A stretch of DNA of 63,875 bases from Candidatus Caribbeanibacter nitroreducens. Its GTDB lineage: Bacteria; Gemmatimonadota; Gemmatimonadetes; Palauibacterales; Palauibacteraceae. The stretch lies in the NCBI GenBank assembly GCA_947581645.1, contig CANPVF010000022.1, positions 1 to 63,875 on the forward strand, read 5' to 3'. The notes under the pieces were generated by a model. That model was given only the letters and a program-made list of their open reading frames with translations. It searched no databases and was not told the origin of the DNA. Below are positions 61,034 to 63,875 of this stretch, piece after piece; within the stretch, counting starts at the first letter, position 1, and each line of letters opens with the position of its first letter. The position numbers and the translations under genes are program-made.

Positions 61034-61981
61034 TCAGCGGCCCGCCAGCGCCCGCAGGTGCCCCAGGTTCGCCCGGTCCCGGGCCGTGGCGTCGTCGCCC
61101 TTCGGCGTCTCGATGACCCGGGGCACCCGGTCCAGGCTCCGGTCCCCCATGAGCGCGGCGAAGGCGGCGTCTCCGAGCTCCCCCTCGCCGATGTCCGCGT
61201 GCCGGTCCTTCCGGCTGCCGCGGGGATGTCGGGAGTCGTTCAGGTGGAAGAGACGCAGGCGATCGAGTCCGATCGTGCGGTCGAACTCCTCCATGACGCC
61301 CCCGTAGTCCTCCCGGAGATCGTACCCGGCGGCGTAGGCGTGGCAGGTGTCCAGGCACACGCCGAGCCGCTCGCGCTGGGGCCCGGGCACGGCCTCGATG
61401 AGCCGGGCCAGCTCGTCGAAGCGCCAGCCCAGGGCCGTGCCGGAGCCGGCCGTGGTCTCCACGAGCACCGTCGTGGGCCCGGGGTGGTCGGCGATGGCCC
61501 GGGCCAGGGCGTCCGCGTTGCGGCGCAGGGCCTCCGGGCGGTCGCCGCCGGTGGCGTTGCCGGGATGGGTCACGAGATAGTCGAGGCCCAGGCGTACGCA
61601 GCGGTCCAGCTCCGAGCGGAAGGCGCGCTCCGACTTCTCGAACAGATCCTCCTTCTCCGACGCCAGGTTGATCAGGTAGCTGTCGTGGGAGACGGTCACC
61701 TGGATGTCGCTCCCCTCCAGGGCGGAGCGGAAGGCCTCCACGTCCGCCTTTCCGAGCCCCGGGTCGGCCCAGCGCTGGGGCTGGCCGGTGAAGATCTGGA
61801 GCGCCGTGGCATCCAGCTCCTCCGCCCGGCCCACGGCCCGGTCCAGGCCGCCGGCGATGGACACGTGGGCGCCCAGCCAGGGCTCCCCGGCCTCCAGGCC
61901 ACCGGCGCCGTCCGGGGCACCCCGCGCGTCCCGATCCCCCGCCGTCGTCTCTCGGGTCGTCGTCTCCGTCTCGTCGCTCAA
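61034..61981 (-). CDS. nfo: Endonuclease IV (AP endonuclease)
   Basis: GAHVSIAGG, HDSYLINLAS, HPG, ETTAG, CLDTCHAYAAG, HLNDS, DRH. Confidence 0.95.
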   Translation of the reverse strand: MSDETETTTRETTAGDRDARGAPDGAGGLEAGEPWLGAHVSIAGGLDRAVGRAEELDATALQIFTGQPQRWADPGLGKADVEAFRSALEGSDIQVTVSHDSYLINLASEKEDLFEKSERAFRSELDRCVRLGLDYLVTHPGNATGGDRPEALRRNADALARAIADHPGPTTVLVETTAGSGTALGWRFDELARLIEAVPGPQRERLGVCLDTCHAYAAGYDLREDYGGVMEEFDRTIGLDRLRLFHLNDSRHPRGSRKDRHADIGEGELGDAAFAALMGDRSLDRVPRVIETPKGDDATARDRANLGHLRALAGR

Positions 61982-62161
61982 GGACCTCGCTCCTCGATCA
62001 TGGTCGGTCGCTGACGAACTCCGCTCGGATCCGTCCGGTTGCCGCGTCGCCGCCGTTGCATCTACTGTACCGGGTCGAGCGTAGCCGCATCCTGCCGGAC
62101 CGCAAGGAGATCAGCCCGGGAAGCACCGGCGCCGCCGTCCGTTCCCGCAACCGTCCGCAGC

Positions 62162-63523
62162 ATGACACGGAACACGACCGCCGTAGCCGTCGCCTGTCTC
62201 GTCGCCACCGTGCTCCTGGCCGCGCCCGGCGGCGCGGCGGCCCAGGAGGAGGTCGGCCCCGCCGGACCCGTGTTCTCCGACACCGCGGCCCGCAGCGTCT
62301 CCCTGGACGAGGCCATCCGGATCGCGCTCCGCCGCAACCCCGGCCTCGAGGAGAGCCGGGCCAACCTGAACCTGGCCCAGTACGACCGCCTCACGGCGAC
62401 GGGCAGCTTCCTTCCCCGGCTGAACCTGGGCTACGGGTACAGCAACGCCAGCACCGGCCGCCTCGATCCCACGGGCCAGACGATCACGCGCACGTCCTAC
62501 ACCCTGCAGCTCGGCGGAAGCCTCACCCTGTTCGACGGCTTCCGCCGCTTCCGGCAGCTGCGGAGCTCGCGCCTCCAGGTCCGGGCCGAGCGGGCCGGAT
62601 ACCGTGAGAGTCGCTACGAGGTGATCCGGCGCGTGAAGCAGTCGTACTACGACGCCGTGGCGAACCGGGAGCTGGTGGTCGTCGAGCGGGACCGTGTGGA
62701 GCGGCAGCGCGACCAGCTGCAGTTCGTACGGGAGCAGGTCAAGGCGGGGCGGGCGACACGCACGGACCGCCTCCGATCCGAGGTGGAGCTCAACAACGCC
62801 CGGCTGGCGCTCCTCAACGCCCGCAACGACGCCCGTGCCAGCCGGTATCGCCTGGCCCAGGCCCTGGGCAGCGAGGGTCGGGTGGCGCCGGCGCGGGACT
62901 CGACGCTGACGCCGGACACCCTGGCCTACACACGATCCGACGTGATGCGGATGGCGCTCCGGGCCGGCCCCTCCCTGGAGGCGGCGGAGGCCCAGGTGGA
63001 GGCGGCCCGGGCCGAGGTGGAGGCGACCAAGTCCTCCTACCTGCCGTCCCTCTCTCTGCAGGGCGGATACGCGTGGCAGAACCCCGAGTTTCCGCCGGAG
63101 AACCGGAGCTGGAGCCTCAGCCTCCAGGGCAGCCTCCCCCTGTTCGACGGCTTCGAGCGCGAGGCCCAGATGTTCCGCGCCGAGGCGCGGATGGAGATGG
63201 CCCGGGCGCAGCGTACCGCGGCGGAGCTGGCGCTGCGCACCGAGGTGGACGCCGCCTACAGCCAGGTGGAGGCGGCCCGGGCGGGGATGGAGCTGGCTCG
63301 GGCGAACGTGGAGCTGGCACGGGAGAACCTGAACGTGACACGCGAGCGATACCGGCTGGGTCTGGCCTCGATCCTGGACCTGCAGTCCGCGCAGATCGAC
63401 CTGGAGGAAGCCCAGGTGGAGCTGATCCAGCGACGCTTCGACCACCGGATGGGCGTGGCCCAGCTCGAGGCCCTGGTCGGCCGCGGCCTGACCGTCAGCA
63501 GCGAGGGGGAGAGCCAGCCATGA
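62162..63523 (+). CDS. TolC family outer-membrane efflux protein
   Basis: Signal peptide, SLDEAIRIALRRNP, FLPRLNL/YLPSLSL duplication, PLFDG, ERYRLG. Confidence 0.9.
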   Translation: MTRNTTAVAVACLVATVLLAAPGGAAAQEEVGPAGPVFSDTAARSVSLDEAIRIALRRNPGLEESRANLNLAQYDRLTATGSFLPRLNLGYGYSNASTGRLDPTGQTITRTSYTLQLGGSLTLFDGFRRFRQLRSSRLQVRAERAGYRESRYEVIRRVKQSYYDAVANRELVVVERDRVERQRDQLQFVREQVKAGRATRTDRLRSEVELNNARLALLNARNDARASRYRLAQALGSEGRVAPARDSTLTPDTLAYTRSDVMRMALRAGPSLEAAEAQVEAARAEVEATKSSYLPSLSLQGGYAWQNPEFPPENRSWSLSLQGSLPLFDGFEREAQMFRAEARMEMARAQRTAAELALRTEVDAAYSQVEAARAGMELARANVELARENLNVTRERYRLGLASILDLQSAQIDLEEAQVELIQRRFDHRMGVAQLEALVGRGLTVSSEGESQP

Positions 63524-63875
63524 GTCTCGTGGACTTCGACGAGCTCCCGGACTCGGCGCGCCTGTGGGCCTTCGGCTCCGATCGGTCGCCGAGCCCCACC
63601 GAGACGGCGCACCTCCTGGACCGGATGGAGTCCTTCCTGGAGGAGTGGACGGCCCACGACCGGAGCCTCCGTGCGGGCTTCGACTGGCGGGAGCACCGCT
63701 TCCTCCTCATCGGCCTGGACGAATCGGCCGGGGACGCGTCGGGGTGCTCCATCGACGCCCTCCACGGGCAGATCCGGAGCCTGGAGGAGGAGCTCGGCAC
63801 CACGATGCTGAACGGCGGGAAGGTCTGGCTGCAGGACAGCCGCGGACGGATCCGCTCGCTGGACCGGCCGGCCTT
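63520..63875 (+). CDS. Conserved hypothetical protein (WxAH...SGCSID motif), truncated by window end
   Basis: Manual translation MSLVDFDELPDSARLWAFG...FLEEWTAHD...DASGCSIDAL; ATG overlaps the TolC stop. Confidence 0.7.
   Translation, partial: MSLVDFDELPDSARLWAFGSDRSPSPTETAHLLDRMESFLEEWTAHDRSLRAGFDWREHRFLLIGLDESAGDASGCSIDALHGQIRSLEEELGTTMLNGGKVWLQDSRGRIRSLDRPA

Overview
A 63.9-kb, very GC-rich, gene-dense stretch of core bacterial chromosome with about 60 real CDSs. Most other ORFs in the six-frame track are GC-rich shadow frames. The cell is diderm and LPS-producing (waaA, TolC, beta-barrel protein) and its proteins are strongly Asp/Glu-rich. My best guess, by inference only, is a salt-adapted Gemmatimonadota relative. 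Housekeeping genes include gyrA, uvrA, infC (ATT start), leuS, acs, queE, fumC, fur, pyrE, proline dehydrogenase, dacB, a fabH-like gene, etfAB and nfo. A stress/mutagenesis block at about 39.8-49.4 kb holds baeRF3, a holin-like protein, a macrodomain protein, imuA-imuB-dnaE2 and a DUF433/PIN toxin-antitoxin pair. I saw no rRNA, tRNA, CRISPR array, transposase or integrase. The most notable unexplained structure is around dnaE2. A 94-bp hairpin-rich element is translated in frame inside dnaE2 (45114-45207), and an inverted copy (87/94 identical) lies just past the dnaE2 stop (42334-42427), so the pair brackets the catalytic part of the error-prone polymerase. A 16-bp palindrome (CGTCTCCGCGGAGACG) recurs in and around the cassette. 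Two tandem GAAC-N7-GAAA boxes overlap a near-consensus imuA promoter and are a candidate SOS box. Matching Fur-like boxes link the fur promoter to a ferritin-like gene and a divergent unknown ORF.
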